DNA of 64,000 nt from a virus (lineage: Duplodnaviria; Heunggongvirae; Uroviricota; Caudoviricetes). This document shows, piece by piece, positions 1 to 8,794 of this stretch. Numbering within the stretch: the stretch's first letter is position 1; the number at the start of each line of letters is the position of its first letter. Under the pieces are notes generated by a model. It was not told the origin of the DNA. It was given only the letters and a program-made list of their open reading frames with translations, and searched no databases. Location of the stretch: IMG/VR virus record IMGVR_UViG_3300021388_000002. One strand, written 5' to 3'. The position numbers and the translations under genes were made by a program.

Positions 1-216
1 CTGATCAGGGTCGAGGAAGACGATAGTGACGTTCGGGTTCGTGAGCGCGGCCAGCTCCAGATCGGGGTCGATGCCAAGATCCTGGTCATCCGCAGCGGCT
101 GCGGCTGCGGCGGCCTCGTCCTCCAGCCACCGCTGCTCGATAGCGTCCCGGACAGGCAGCATGACGCGCTCGGCATCACGCTCATCCGTGCGCTTGCGCC
201 CGCGCAGGCGGGTCAT
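1..216 (-). CDS. hypothetical protein, partial (start at 216, continues past window start)
   Basis: ATG at 216 preceded by CAGGAGAC SD; ATGA overlap with upstream stop; open to window edge (MTRLRGRKRTDE...). Confidence 0.45.
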   Translation of the reverse strand, partial: MTRLRGRKRTDERDAERVMLPVRDAIEQRWLEDEAAAAAAAADDQDLGIDPDLELAALTNPNVTIVFLDPDQ

Positions 217-638
217 CGCGGCGTCTCCTGGTCGGGAGCGAGCACGGTCACCCAGCTGCGGGCGGTCATGAGGACGCTGATGTAACTGGTGAAGCTCTCC
301 ACGCTGGCCCAGAACAGCCGCACGTCCTCATCCGGGACGCCCGCCGCGGCCAGGGCACTGGCGGTCCGGGTGATCAGCAGCTCGCGGGCGAGATCGCCGT
401 CCGGCTCAGCGACTGTGACGGCAGGGTAAAGGGGCCTCGGCATAGGGATCTCCTGTTCACTGGGCCGGGCATAGCTGACCCGGCCCCGGCTGCTCCCGCT
501 GGAAAAAGCGGCAGTGGCGGGCTCGGCGGGCTGGCCCAGGGTGTTACGGAACCCGGCGGCGCGCTCAGCCCGGACGTACTCGTCCCTGGTGACCTCGTGC
601 TCGGGCTCGCTGCCGCTGGCAAGGAAATAACGGTCCAC
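213..638 (-). CDS. hypothetical protein (GTG start; an internal SD+ATG at 443 could mark a second start/gene)
   Basis: ORF track 213..689; CAGGAGAG SD before GTG at 638; C-terminus ...APDQETPR encodes SD of next gene. Confidence 0.45.
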   Translation of the reverse strand: MDRYFLASGSEPEHEVTRDEYVRAERAAGFRNTLGQPAEPATAAFSSGSSRGRVSYARPSEQEIPMPRPLYPAVTVAEPDGDLARELLITRTASALAAAGVPDEDVRLFWASVESFTSYISVLMTARSWVTVLAPDQETPR

Positions 639-715
639 AGGGCTCTCCTGTTCGTTCACTGGGCCTGGCCTGCCCCGGAGCGAGGTCACGGGGCAGGCCA
701 GGAGTCACCGGCCGG

Positions 716-1717
716 TCAGGCGCCCGCGGCCACGACCTCGCGGACGAGGGTCAGGGCCCTGGCCTTCAGCGGCTCGGGCCGGATCAGCGTCCGGTTCAGC
801 CGGGTCTCCCAGGAGCGGGCAGTGCGGACGTGGTCCAGGTACTCCCCGGCCGCCTGGACCAGGCCGTAGGCGGTGTCGGAGACGCCCTCGGTGGTCTGGC
901 TGGCCAGGATGCCGCGGACAGCGGCGCGGGCCTGCTCGATGTTGCGGGCCACCCGGTCGGTGATCATGGTCTCCGGCGGCTCGGGGATGAACTGGCGCAC
1001 GAACAGCTCACGCTGGCCCTCGGTGACGTGGATGCCCAGCAGCTCGGTGGCCAGCTCGGTGTAGGCGGCCATCTCGCGCCGGGCCCCGGTGACGGCCTCG
1101 CGGGCCTCATCGATCCGGTCGCGCCAGTTGCCGCGGTGGGTGAACGAGAAAGTGGCGCCGGTCCGCTCGCCTTCCAGCTCGGCGGCCCGGAAGGTGTTGG
1201 CGCAGACGATCCGCACCGCGGTGGCACGCAGCGCGCAGGCGGCGGTGCCGTCGTGCCGGTTGGTGATGGCCAGGTAGGGGTACAGGATGCTGACCTCACC
1301 GGGCAGCTCGATCGGCTCGTCCAGCAGGGCCAGGCACCACACGGCCTTACCGCCATCCAGGCAGCCGGCGGTCTCCCACTTCACGTTGTCCTGGGCCAGC
1401 ACCGCCTCCACGATCTCGCCCATGGCGGTGTGGTCGATGACGGTATAGGTCGCGGGCCGGATGGACAGCACGGCGCCGTTGTCGCTGCGCTGGATCTTGT
1501 TCCAGTCCTTCAGGTAGGACAGCTCCAGCGCGGGGCTGCCGTCCTCGCCCGTGCCGATGGCGGCGGTGTCGATGACAGGTGTGGCGACCGGCTCCCACTC
1601 CAGCCCGGCGTCCACCCGCGCCTCGGCCCAGCTGCCGGGATACTCCTGAAGGATGGTGCCCTCGCGGTGCCAGGGCATCTCGCGGACACTGAACATCGAG
1701 TCAACATTGGCTGGCAT
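716..1717 (-). CDS. DUF932 / phage-plasmid-like protein (TIGR03299 family)
   Basis: 333 aa from MPANVDSMFSV...; CAGGAGG SD; family resemblance by eye (ILQEYPGSW..., SILYPYLAITNRHDGT...). Confidence 0.7.
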   Translation of the reverse strand: MPANVDSMFSVREMPWHREGTILQEYPGSWAEARVDAGLEWEPVATPVIDTAAIGTGEDGSPALELSYLKDWNKIQRSDNGAVLSIRPATYTVIDHTAMGEIVEAVLAQDNVKWETAGCLDGGKAVWCLALLDEPIELPGEVSILYPYLAITNRHDGTAACALRATAVRIVCANTFRAAELEGERTGATFSFTHRGNWRDRIDEAREAVTGARREMAAYTELATELLGIHVTEGQRELFVRQFIPEPPETMITDRVARNIEQARAAVRGILASQTTEGVSDTAYGLVQAAGEYLDHVRTARSWETRLNRTLIRPEPLKARALTLVREVVAAGA

Positions 1718-1875
1718 GGAGCCTCCTGGTCTGGGGTCTGTCTGTTGCCGTACCATTACAGTCTACAGGGTCAGTTCTGTTTACGTCAAACAGAAATCCG
1801 TAATGCAACTGCCTGCAGAAATGAAAACGAGCCCGGACGGTGAGTCCAGGCTCGCTTCGTGGTGACGTACCGGGG

Positions 1876-2931
1876 CTAGCAGCGGGGGCAGGAGCTGTGC
1901 GCGTGCCAGCGCCGGGCCGGCTCGCAGTGCTCCAGGTGATCAGCGATCCCGGACCGCACGTACTCCATGCCGCAGAACTCGCAGCAGACGCGCGGCGGCC
2001 AGTAGCCGGGGTCGGGCGGGTAAGCGGCCAGCATAGCGTCCCGGGTCTCGAAAATCCGCACGCCAGGGTACAGCTGGGCCAGCCGGTCGCCCATGACGGC
2101 CATCCACGCCTCCGTGTCAGCTTCCAGCACGGCATCAGGCGGGCCGGGTTCCGCGGTCACGTCCCAGTTCCAGACCGTCCCGCGGAACCCGGCACGCTCC
2201 CAGGCGCTGCGGCCCCGGCGGGGCTCGATCACCAGCGGCAGGTGCAGGGCCACGATCCGGGCCTTCGCGCAGCGGAACCCGTGATCCCCGATCTGGGTCT
2301 TGCCCCAGCCCTCGATCACCCCGCACACCGGCAGCTGATGGGCCCGCTTCAGCCCGTAAGCCTGCAGCTGCCAGTAAGCCCAGTACCCGCATGAGCAGCC
2401 ATCCGCGGGGGTCTCATCCTGCGCGTGGGAGCACACCGCGGCCCGGCAGACCGCGGCATTGACGCCTGCTGTCCAGGTGCCCCACTGCCCGGTCAGCAGG
2501 CCGCCCGCCCAGTGCTGGTCAGCGGTCGCGGCGGACCGGTTCAGGTCGGGTGCGTCAAATGACCACCACCGGTAGCCGCGGACGGTGCCGGCCACGAAAT
2601 CCGGCTCAGCGCCAGCCCCGGCCAGCTCACGCTGGTCCCGGCCGTCGAACCCGCTCAGGCCGCCGGGCCAGCGGCGCGGGGCACTCGCCGAGGAGGTATA
2701 GCCCGTTCCGGAGACACTGGCCGGGCCGCCAGGCGGTACCGGCGGCGAGCTGCTGTGCAGGGTCAGCGTCATGCCGGCGGCCGGACCGGAAGTGGCGGCA
2801 CCGGCACAGGCTGCCCAGAGATAACCCAGCAGCTGGCGGGCCTGCGCGGCAGGCGGCTGGGTGCGGGTCATCCAGGCGGTGCCGGCCGGGGCCTGAGCGG
2901 GGAGCGTGACGGTGACCGGCTGGCCCCGCAT
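1876..2931 (-). CDS. hypothetical protein with Cys/His-rich C-terminus (CCEFCGMEY...HLEHCEP...HAHSSCPRC); start uncertain
   Basis: ORF track 1876..3660; 5' part Arg-rich and overlaps XRE gene, so start trimmed to first plausible Met (MRGQPVTV). Confidence 0.4.
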   Translation of the reverse strand: MRGQPVTVTLPAQAPAGTAWMTRTQPPAAQARQLLGYLWAACAGAATSGPAAGMTLTLHSSSPPVPPGGPASVSGTGYTSSASAPRRWPGGLSGFDGRDQRELAGAGAEPDFVAGTVRGYRWWSFDAPDLNRSAATADQHWAGGLLTGQWGTWTAGVNAAVCRAAVCSHAQDETPADGCSCGYWAYWQLQAYGLKRAHQLPVCGVIEGWGKTQIGDHGFRCAKARIVALHLPLVIEPRRGRSAWERAGFRGTVWNWDVTAEPGPPDAVLEADTEAWMAVMGDRLAQLYPGVRIFETRDAMLAAYPPDPGYWPPRVCCEFCGMEYVRSGIADHLEHCEPARRWHAHSSCPRC

Positions 2932-2993
2932 GCCCTGACCGATGACGAAGCCCTGGCCAGCATGTGCAGAGGTATACAGCAGCGCCTGCGCGG

Positions 2994-3134
2994 TCAGGCG
3001 GGCACGGGCTCGGCGGCCGGGACGGGCTCGGCGTATGGCGCGGCGGATGGCGCGGCCGGCTCGTGCACCGGGTCCTCGCCCGGCTGGCTCAGCGGCTCGA
3101 AAATGACAGTGCGGCGCTCGCGGATGTAGCCCAT
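2994..3134 (-). CDS. small hypothetical protein (46 aa), Pro/Ala-rich
   Basis: MGYIRERRTVIFEPLSQPGEDPV...; very high GC3 in this frame; not in ORF track (<60 aa). Confidence 0.3.
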   Translation of the reverse strand: MGYIRERRTVIFEPLSQPGEDPVHEPAAPSAAPYAEPVPAAEPVPA

Positions 3135-3191
3135 GACAGAACTCCCGGAGGACAGTAGGTGCGGATACGGCCAGCCCCAGCCGGATGCGGG

Positions 3192-3761
3192 TCACGAGGC
3201 CATTTTCTCCAGCTGCTCCCGGGCCAGCTCGGCGAACCCGTGCTGGTCCTTCCCGCCGACCGCCTGGTCCAGCACGTACTGGGCGAACGCGTCCTGCAGG
3301 AACCGGGGATAGTACAGCCGGTTGCTGCCCGCACTGCGGACGCCGATACCGTGCGCGGCGGCAAACTTGCGCAGGGCCTCGTAGTAATCCAAGCGCAGCT
3401 GGCGCTGCTGGGCGGCCAGCGGCAGCGGCAGCGGCTCGCCGTCTGGCATGAGTGCGGCCGGGGTGCAGACCTCCCCGTCGCCGGTCAGCGCGGTGCACAG
3501 CGCGCGCAGGGTCAGGGCCTTGGGCTTGCGGTAGCCGTTCTCCAGCTTGGCGATGGCATCCCGGCCCAGCGTCAGCTTGCTGCCGGACGGGTAGCGCCAC
3601 TTCAGGGCAGCAATGGCGTCGGACAGATCCTGGCGGGACATGGCCCGGCGAGCCCGCCACGCCATCAGCTTGTGGCCGTCGATGACGATACCCGAGGCAG
3701 GCCGTGTCCGCTTAGCGGGCGCGCCGCCGGGCTCAGTGCGCTCCTGGGTCATGGTGGTCAT
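3192..3761 (-). CDS. XRE-family helix-turn-helix DNA-binding protein
   Basis: HTH-like segment MSRQDLSDAIAALKW; ACGGAG SD; lower-GC upstream region. Confidence 0.65.
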   Translation of the reverse strand: MTTMTQERTEPGGAPAKRTRPASGIVIDGHKLMAWRARRAMSRQDLSDAIAALKWRYPSGSKLTLGRDAIAKLENGYRKPKALTLRALCTALTGDGEVCTPAALMPDGEPLPLPLAAQQRQLRLDYYEALRKFAAAHGIGVRSAGSNRLYYPRFLQDAFAQYVLDQAVGGKDQHGFAELAREQLEKMAS

Positions 3762-3881
3762 GGTATCGCTCCGTTTTTCTGTCTGTAAGACTGCGTGCTA
3801 CCCGCATGATACTTCTAACGGCGCCCCGGCCCCTGCTTGTTCCCTGGTCACAGCGGGAGCAGGTGCACCAGGGCTTCCCAG

Positions 3882-4205
3882 TCAGCCAGGCTGAGCTGCA
3901 CCGGGGACCCGGATGCCCCGGCAGGACCCGTGCCCGCACGGGCGTTCAGGGACGTAGCGGTACCAGTCCGGAGAGCACAGCGGGCCTATCACAGGATTGT
4001 GGTCGTAGTAGATGCGGCTCGCATACTGCAGGCTGCCGGCCCCAGCGTGCCTGGTCGGGGTCATCGTGCCCTCGGGCCAGCCGCAGCAGTGGCAGTCCTG
4101 TCGGCCCGCCGCGTAGGTGTCAATGCTGGCCCCGTGCCGCTTCCAGCCGCACCGCTGGCACTGCCAGGTCCCGCAGGCCTGGCAGGGCACCCGCCGGTCA
4201 GTCAT
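3882..4205 (-). CDS. Cys-rich small hypothetical protein (putative zinc ribbon)
   Basis: CQACGTWQCQRCGW, CHCCGW motifs; ATGA overlap with upstream gene. Confidence 0.45.
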   Translation of the reverse strand: MTDRRVPCQACGTWQCQRCGWKRHGASIDTYAAGRQDCHCCGWPEGTMTPTRHAGAGSLQYASRIYYDHNPVIGPLCSPDWYRYVPERPCGHGSCRGIRVPGAAQPG

Positions 4206-4636
4206 GACAGCACGGCGCCTTCCACCTGAGCCCGCAGGTACGCGCGGTAGGCCGCCATCAGCGGGCGGGAATGGTAGAAGCCGCCCCTGGGCAGCGCGTG
4301 ATAGCCCTTCGGCGCCGCGAACTCCTCGGTCGTATCAGCCCAGGCCCGCATCCGCTCGTTGTAGCGCCGGGTGTCCGGGTCGTTGGCGACGTCTTTCTTG
4401 CCGGGCACGGTACCGGGGGTCACAACGTCGCCCGGCTCATGGCCAGCGGTGAAGTACCGGGCCAGCACCGCGCGCAGTTCCTTGGCGTGCTCGTGGGTCA
4501 GGTCCAGGGCGGTGGGCTTGAGGTTGCTCAGGTCGGTGCCCAGCGCGAGGTACAGCGTGACCTCAGCGTCCACCCGGCGCCCGTCCTCCTCGTGAAAGCA
4601 GAGGTCGTCGCTGGAGATGAAGCGCAGTTCCTGCAT
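4202..4636 (-). CDS. lsr2: Lsr2-like nucleoid-associated protein
   Basis: N-terminal dimerisation-like segment (VDAEVTLYLALGTDLSNLKPTALDLTHEHAKELRAVL) and C-terminal AT-hook-like region (LPRGGFYHSRPLMAAY); CAGGAGAC SD. Confidence 0.65.
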   Translation of the reverse strand: MQELRFISSDDLCFHEEDGRRVDAEVTLYLALGTDLSNLKPTALDLTHEHAKELRAVLARYFTAGHEPGDVVTPGTVPGKKDVANDPDTRRYNERMRAWADTTEEFAAPKGYHALPRGGFYHSRPLMAAYRAYLRAQVEGAVLS

Positions 4637-4669
4637 GGGTCTGTCTCCTGATCGTGATGATGCGCGGGG

Positions 4670-4885
4670 TCAGGCGCTGGCAGCGTCCGCGTTCAGCGCC
4701 GGCAGCTGCCAGCCGCACCCGGGAACGTAGATCACCCAGCCGCGCTCCAGCGCCGCGGTCAGGAACGCCCGGACGAAGCGCTCATCCTCCCCGGTGGCGT
4801 CCGCGAGCTGGGCGATAGTGGCGGGCTGGTCGCGGTGCGTGTCCAGGTAGCCCTCGATCGGGCTGAGCCGCGGGCCGGCGGTCAT
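4670..4885 (-). CDS. small winged-helix-like hypothetical protein
   Basis: CAGGAGGCC SD; 71 aa. Confidence 0.45.
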   Translation of the reverse strand: MTAGPRLSPIEGYLDTHRDQPATIAQLADATGEDERFVRAFLTAALERGWVIYVPGCGWQLPALNADAASA

Positions 4886-5283
4886 GAGGTGGCCTCCTGC
4901 ACGGTCTGGGCGGGCTGGGCGGCCAGCGTGGTCAGGCCGGCCGCGGCGGCCAGGTCGCCCAGCGGGGAGCCGTCCCCGGGCCGGGCGCCGCCGGCCATGC
5001 CGAACTCGGCCAGCACCTGGACGAACAGGCGCAGGTGCTCACGGGGCACCAGCACCTCATCGTCGTCCCCGCCAGCGACCAGGGCATCGAGCTGGGTCAG
5101 TGCCTGCCGGGCGTGCTCGTACTTCAGGGCGCTGGGCAGGAAGCTGTCCCCGGGCACCCCGCTGTTCTCCAGCGTGGCCAGGTCAGCGGCTGCCGCCTCA
5201 GCGATGAGCTTCAGGGACCGCTTCGCAGCGGCCAGCTGGCGGGTGCGGGCGGCCTTGACCGCCTTCGGGGTGATCTCGGTCAT
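4882..5283 (-). CDS. hypothetical protein
   Basis: CAGGAGAC SD, ATGA coupling. Confidence 0.5.
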   Translation of the reverse strand: MTEITPKAVKAARTRQLAAAKRSLKLIAEAAAADLATLENSGVPGDSFLPSALKYEHARQALTQLDALVAGGDDDEVLVPREHLRLFVQVLAEFGMAGGARPGDGSPLGDLAAAAGLTTLAAQPAQTVQEATS

Positions 5284-5873
5284 GGTGCTGTCTCCTGGTC
5301 ATCGGGATCGGGTTCCTGGAGGTGGTCAGCGCCGTACAGCTCAGCGAACCGGGCGGTTTTGACTGCGCGGCGTCCCTCCGGTGTCTGCTCGTCATAGCTC
5401 CGGGCGCACGGGCCGGTGCAGTCCGGGCCAGGCATGCCGCAGCAGTCCCCGGGACGGGTGATGACAGGCCGCAGCTCCAGCAGCGCGCGGTCCACCGCGT
5501 CCAGGTTCCCGGGCGGCCTGTCCCCGGGTACCGGGCGGCTGCCGCCCGCGGCGATGGCGCGCTGGAGGATGGCGCGCAGCTCCTGGCGGCCCACGACTAC
5601 CTGCGGGCCGGGCGCCTCCAGGGCGGGAACGGGCACAAGACCCCCCAAGCGGGCCAGCAGCACCCGGAGGCTGCCGGTGTCACTGTAATCCTGCAGGGCC
5701 ATGGCGACCTGCCGGCCCAGGCTCTCGTACCCGAACACGAACGCCTCAGCGACGGTCCCCCGCAGCTCGGGGATCTTCGCCAGGCCCCAGTCCTCAAATC
5801 CGTCGTGCAGGCTGAGCGCGCCCCGCAGCAGCTTCTCGGCGCGGTCCTGCAGTTCGCTGATATCCCGGGTCAC
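5280..5873 (-). CDS. hypothetical protein (GTG start)
   Basis: ORF track; CAGGGGGG SD; C-terminus ...DDQETAP encodes next SD. Confidence 0.45.
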   Translation of the reverse strand: MTRDISELQDRAEKLLRGALSLHDGFEDWGLAKIPELRGTVAEAFVFGYESLGRQVAMALQDYSDTGSLRVLLARLGGLVPVPALEAPGPQVVVGRQELRAILQRAIAAGGSRPVPGDRPPGNLDAVDRALLELRPVITRPGDCCGMPGPDCTGPCARSYDEQTPEGRRAVKTARFAELYGADHLQEPDPDDQETAP

Positions 5874-6442
5874 GAGGTGGCCCCCCTGATCTGCGGCGGG
5901 TTCCAGTCGGGATGAGCGCGGTCGCTGTGCTGGCGGTGACGCTCCGGCAGTGCCCGCAGCCGGGCCCAGATGATGCGCCCCGCTTGCGGTGCGGGCACGT
6001 ACGGCTCGGTGTCCAGCAGGTACAGCAGGGAGTTCCGGCAGGCCCCGCAGGACACGATCAGCTCCCGCATCTCTATCGTGCCGGCCACTGCGGACGAGAG
6101 CAGGAGGGCGATGACCTCGGGCAGCGGCGTGATGACGGCCGGGACCTCATCGTCCAGGCTGCCCTGAAGCGGGGCAGCGAATGCAGCCAGGCGCTCCGCG
6201 GCGTCAGCCTGCACCTCGCTGTCATCGTCGGTCAGGCCCGGGATGCCATCACCGGGGCCGGTGAACGGCGCCGCGCACGCACGCAGGTTGCGCTCGGCCT
6301 GCACGGCGGCAGCCAGGCGGGCGCGCTGGCCGGCGCTGAGCTGGCGGATCGCGGTCACGGTGTCGCCGTGGCTGGTCAGATCCAGGATGGCCCGGAACCG
6401 CACGCCGGCCCAGGCCACGTTCGTGCCCCCCGGCGGATTCAT
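5870..6442 (-). CDS. hypothetical protein
   Basis: ORF track; GAAGG SD. Confidence 0.45.
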   Translation of the reverse strand: MNPPGGTNVAWAGVRFRAILDLTSHGDTVTAIRQLSAGQRARLAAAVQAERNLRACAAPFTGPGDGIPGLTDDDSEVQADAAERLAAFAAPLQGSLDDEVPAVITPLPEVIALLLSSAVAGTIEMRELIVSCGACRNSLLYLLDTEPYVPAPQAGRIIWARLRALPERHRQHSDRAHPDWNPPQIRGATS

Positions 6443-6984
6443 GCGATCGCGCCTTCACCTGGCACGGGCTCGGTGAACAGCTCGGCGCCCATCCGGGACA
6501 TGATGTAGTTGATCACGTCCACGCGGGTGATCCGCGAGCCCTCGGGCCGGATCTGCCAGATGTCCTTGTCCCGCTTGTACTGGCGGGTGGCGCCTTTCTC
6601 CATGAAGATGCCGGACCGGCTGGTGTAGCTGGTGCGGACCGTGCCGCAGGTACTGCCGGTGTCATCCCGGACGCAGTCCTCGCTGACCAGGAACACGCCC
6701 TGCCGCTCCACGCGGTGATCCGGGAACGCGGACCAGCCCTGCGGGCGGCCGAGCCCGGGGATCAGCACCGGCCAGATATGCCCGTAAGCCAGGCAGATGA
6801 GCTGGGCCAGGGTAAGCCGGTCCAGGTACGACTGAACTTCGGCCGCGAAGGACGCGTGCACGAACTGCGGGGCTTTCGCCCTGCGGGCACGGGGCCTGCG
6901 GGGAGGTGCGGGCGGGCGGGTTACTGGTGCGCCCTCGCGGGCCGGCACGAATGCCGTGGCCGGGACCTTCGCGGCTGCTGTCAT
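6439..6984 (-). CDS. hypothetical protein (start trimmed to MTAAAKV with GGAGAA SD)
   Basis: ORF track 6439..7047 begins with TTG; internal ATG at 6984 has proper SD. Confidence 0.45.
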   Translation of the reverse strand: MTAAAKVPATAFVPAREGAPVTRPPAPPRRPRARRAKAPQFVHASFAAEVQSYLDRLTLAQLICLAYGHIWPVLIPGLGRPQGWSAFPDHRVERQGVFLVSEDCVRDDTGSTCGTVRTSYTSRSGIFMEKGATRQYKRDKDIWQIRPEGSRITRVDVINYIMSRMGAELFTEPVPGEGAIA

Positions 6985-7080
6985 CAGCGTTCTCCTGATC
7001 GTGGCGAGCTTCTGTATCTTACGCGCCTTCTGCAGTCTACATGACAACCTGGTGCGCGCAGCTATTCCGCTGGCAGGCTA

Positions 7081-7287
7081 CTACCCGCCGGCCAGCACGT
7101 CCTGGATTTCCATGGTGCTGACCGCATCGGCGGGTGCCCCGTCCCGGCAGCGCCACAGGCGGGCCGCGCGGCTGGCGGCGATCACCGGGTGGTGCTGGAG
7201 CCAGGTGCGCAGCTCGCGCTTGACGGTCCAGGTCATCGGCGGCTGATCGGGCATGAGCAGGACGTAGACATAATCCGAGCGGGCCAT
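7081..7287 (-). CDS. small hypothetical protein
   Basis: MARSDYVYVLLMPDQ...; GGGAG SD. Confidence 0.4.
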   Translation of the reverse strand: MARSDYVYVLLMPDQPPMTWTVKRELRTWLQHHPVIAASRAARLWRCRDGAPADAVSTMEIQDVLAGG

Positions 7288-7871
7288 CACGCTCCCGCCG
7301 TGAGCACGCTGGCGTCCTCGAATGCCGGGTCCACCTCAGCCGCCAGCGCCATCAGCTCCCGCATCGGGGCGGACAGCGCGATACTGCGGGCGCCGGACCC
7401 GCTGTGCCGGGCGGTGGCCAGCTGGACGATAACCGACTGCCAGTCCGGACACTCGAACACCTTGATCTGCGGCGCCTCGGTAATCACCTGGGACGGCCGG
7501 GCGGGCGCGGGACGCTGGGCGCCATCGCTGAACGGGTGCAGCACCCGGGCACCGCCCAGCGGCGGGCAGGACGGGCGGCCGGGCTTGGGCGGGATGTCCC
7601 CGCAGTAGATGGCGTTGCCCGGCAGCTCAGCGGAGCGGGCGCGCACCGGGATGCGGACGTGCCCGGCGCCGCCCGGCTCGTGCCAGACGACGGAGTAGTT
7701 GGCCTGGAGCACGACGTACCCGCCGTGATCCCGGGCGTACAGCGAGACCTCCAGCCAGCGCGGTCGCTGCGTGCCCAGGCGGTCGAATGCGGTGCTCACC
7801 GGGCCGGCGATCAGCTCCCCGCTGAAGACGAATGGCGGGCCGCCACCCAGGTCGATCCGGGTTTCTGCCAT
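7287..7871 (-). CDS. hypothetical protein, first gene of leftward operon
   Basis: MAETRIDLGGGPPFVF...; GGAGGGTGGAGA SD; rest of 398-aa track ORF is antisense noise. Confidence 0.5.
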   Translation of the reverse strand: MAETRIDLGGGPPFVFSGELIAGPVSTAFDRLGTQRPRWLEVSLYARDHGGYVVLQANYSVVWHEPGGAGHVRIPVRARSAELPGNAIYCGDIPPKPGRPSCPPLGGARVLHPFSDGAQRPAPARPSQVITEAPQIKVFECPDWQSVIVQLATARHSGSGARSIALSAPMRELMALAAEVDPAFEDASVLTAGA

Positions 7872-7970
7872 GCGTGATCTCCACCCTCCTGTTCCTGCAC
7901 CACTTCCTGGCAGCATATCCCCGGTCGCCGATATCCTTATGGGCAGGACGACAGGAACAGGAGACACAGC
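7872..7970. promoter_or_regulatory. divergent promoter region between leftward and rightward gene blocks
   Basis: 99-bp gap; strand switch; mirrored SDs CTCCTGTTCC / GGAACAGGAG. Confidence 0.4.
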
Positions 7971-8357
7971 ATGACACAGCCCGCTGGCAGCCTGCCCGCA
8001 GCCGCGCAGGCCCGGCCGCCGAGGCCCGCGCCGTGGCGGATCGATCCGCCGCCCGGCAGCCTGCTGGACCAGCTCATGGACGAACGTGAGGCCGCCGTCG
8101 CGCAGGCGAAGGACGCCACCGCCCGCGCCGAGGCCCTGACCCTGCGGATCAAGAACGAGGTCACCGCCGCGACCGGCGGCTACCCGGCCGTCATCATCGG
8201 CGGCACCACGACCCGGCCGCCCTACCAGCTGGGCCTGGTCACCCGCGGGCACTTCAACCGCAAGCAGCTGGCCGCCGACCGCCCGGATATCCACGACTAT
8301 TACTGGGTGCCCGGCGACCCGGCCAGCGGCCACTGGGAACTGCGGAAGGTGAGCTAG
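7971..8357 (+). CDS. hypothetical protein
   Basis: GAACAGGAGACACAGC ATG. Confidence 0.55.
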   Translation: MTQPAGSLPAAAQARPPRPAPWRIDPPPGSLLDQLMDEREAAVAQAKDATARAEALTLRIKNEVTAATGGYPAVIIGGTTTRPPYQLGLVTRGHFNRKQLAADRPDIHDYYWVPGDPASGHWELRKVS

Positions 8358-8564
8358 ATGGCGCGCATCCCGGCCCGGCCGATCTGCGGCCACCCGGTGA
8401 AGTACTACGAGATCGCGTCCCGGCCGCTGCGCGAGGACACCGAGCCGGTCTGCCACCGGCCGCCGCACGAGGGAGACCGGCACATGAGCCAGGCCTCGTA
8501 CGAGAACGAGCTGGAGCGCAGCCGCGCCAACCGCTGGCGCTATGCCCGCGGGGGCCGCTCATGA
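8358..8564 (+). CDS. small hypothetical protein
   Basis: TAGATG coupling. Confidence 0.4.
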   Translation: MARIPARPICGHPVKYYEIASRPLREDTEPVCHRPPHEGDRHMSQASYENELERSRANRWRYARGGRS

Positions 8565-8794
8565 GCGGGGCACTGGCGCGGGAGCAGCGGCGCAGGCTCA
8601 CCACTCATGTCACCCAGGCACTGGCGGTGCTCATGGTAATCGCCACGCTCATCTCCCTGGCCACCGGGAGCAGCCCGTTCCGGGTATTCGCGTGGGTGGG
8701 CGGCGGCGGGGCAGCGGGCTGGGCGGCGGTCTGGGCCGCGGGCAGACGGCAGCGGGCGGAAATGTCAGACCCCGGTGATAGGCCTGAGTCATGA
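8561..8794 (+). CDS. small membrane protein
   Basis: hydrophobic segment LAVLMVIATLISLATG; ATGA coupling. Confidence 0.4.
   Translation: MSGALAREQRRRLTTHVTQALAVLMVIATLISLATGSSPFRVFAWVGGGGAAGWAAVWAAGRRQRAEMSDPGDRPES

Noticed and set aside
830-1843. 337-aa plus ORF
   Set aside because: Antisense to the DUF932 gene; Gly/Ala/Leu-rich low complexity.
1876-3660. 594-aa minus ORF as one protein
   Set aside because: The 5' 240 codons are Arg-rich and overlap the XRE gene (3192..3761) and a high-GC3 small ORF in another frame. I kept only 1876..2931.
7287-8483. 398-aa minus-strand ORF
   Set aside because: Only the 3' third (7287..7871, MAETRIDL...) has an SD and protein-like composition. The rest is Arg/Ala/Gly-rich and antisense to plus-strand genes 7971..8564.
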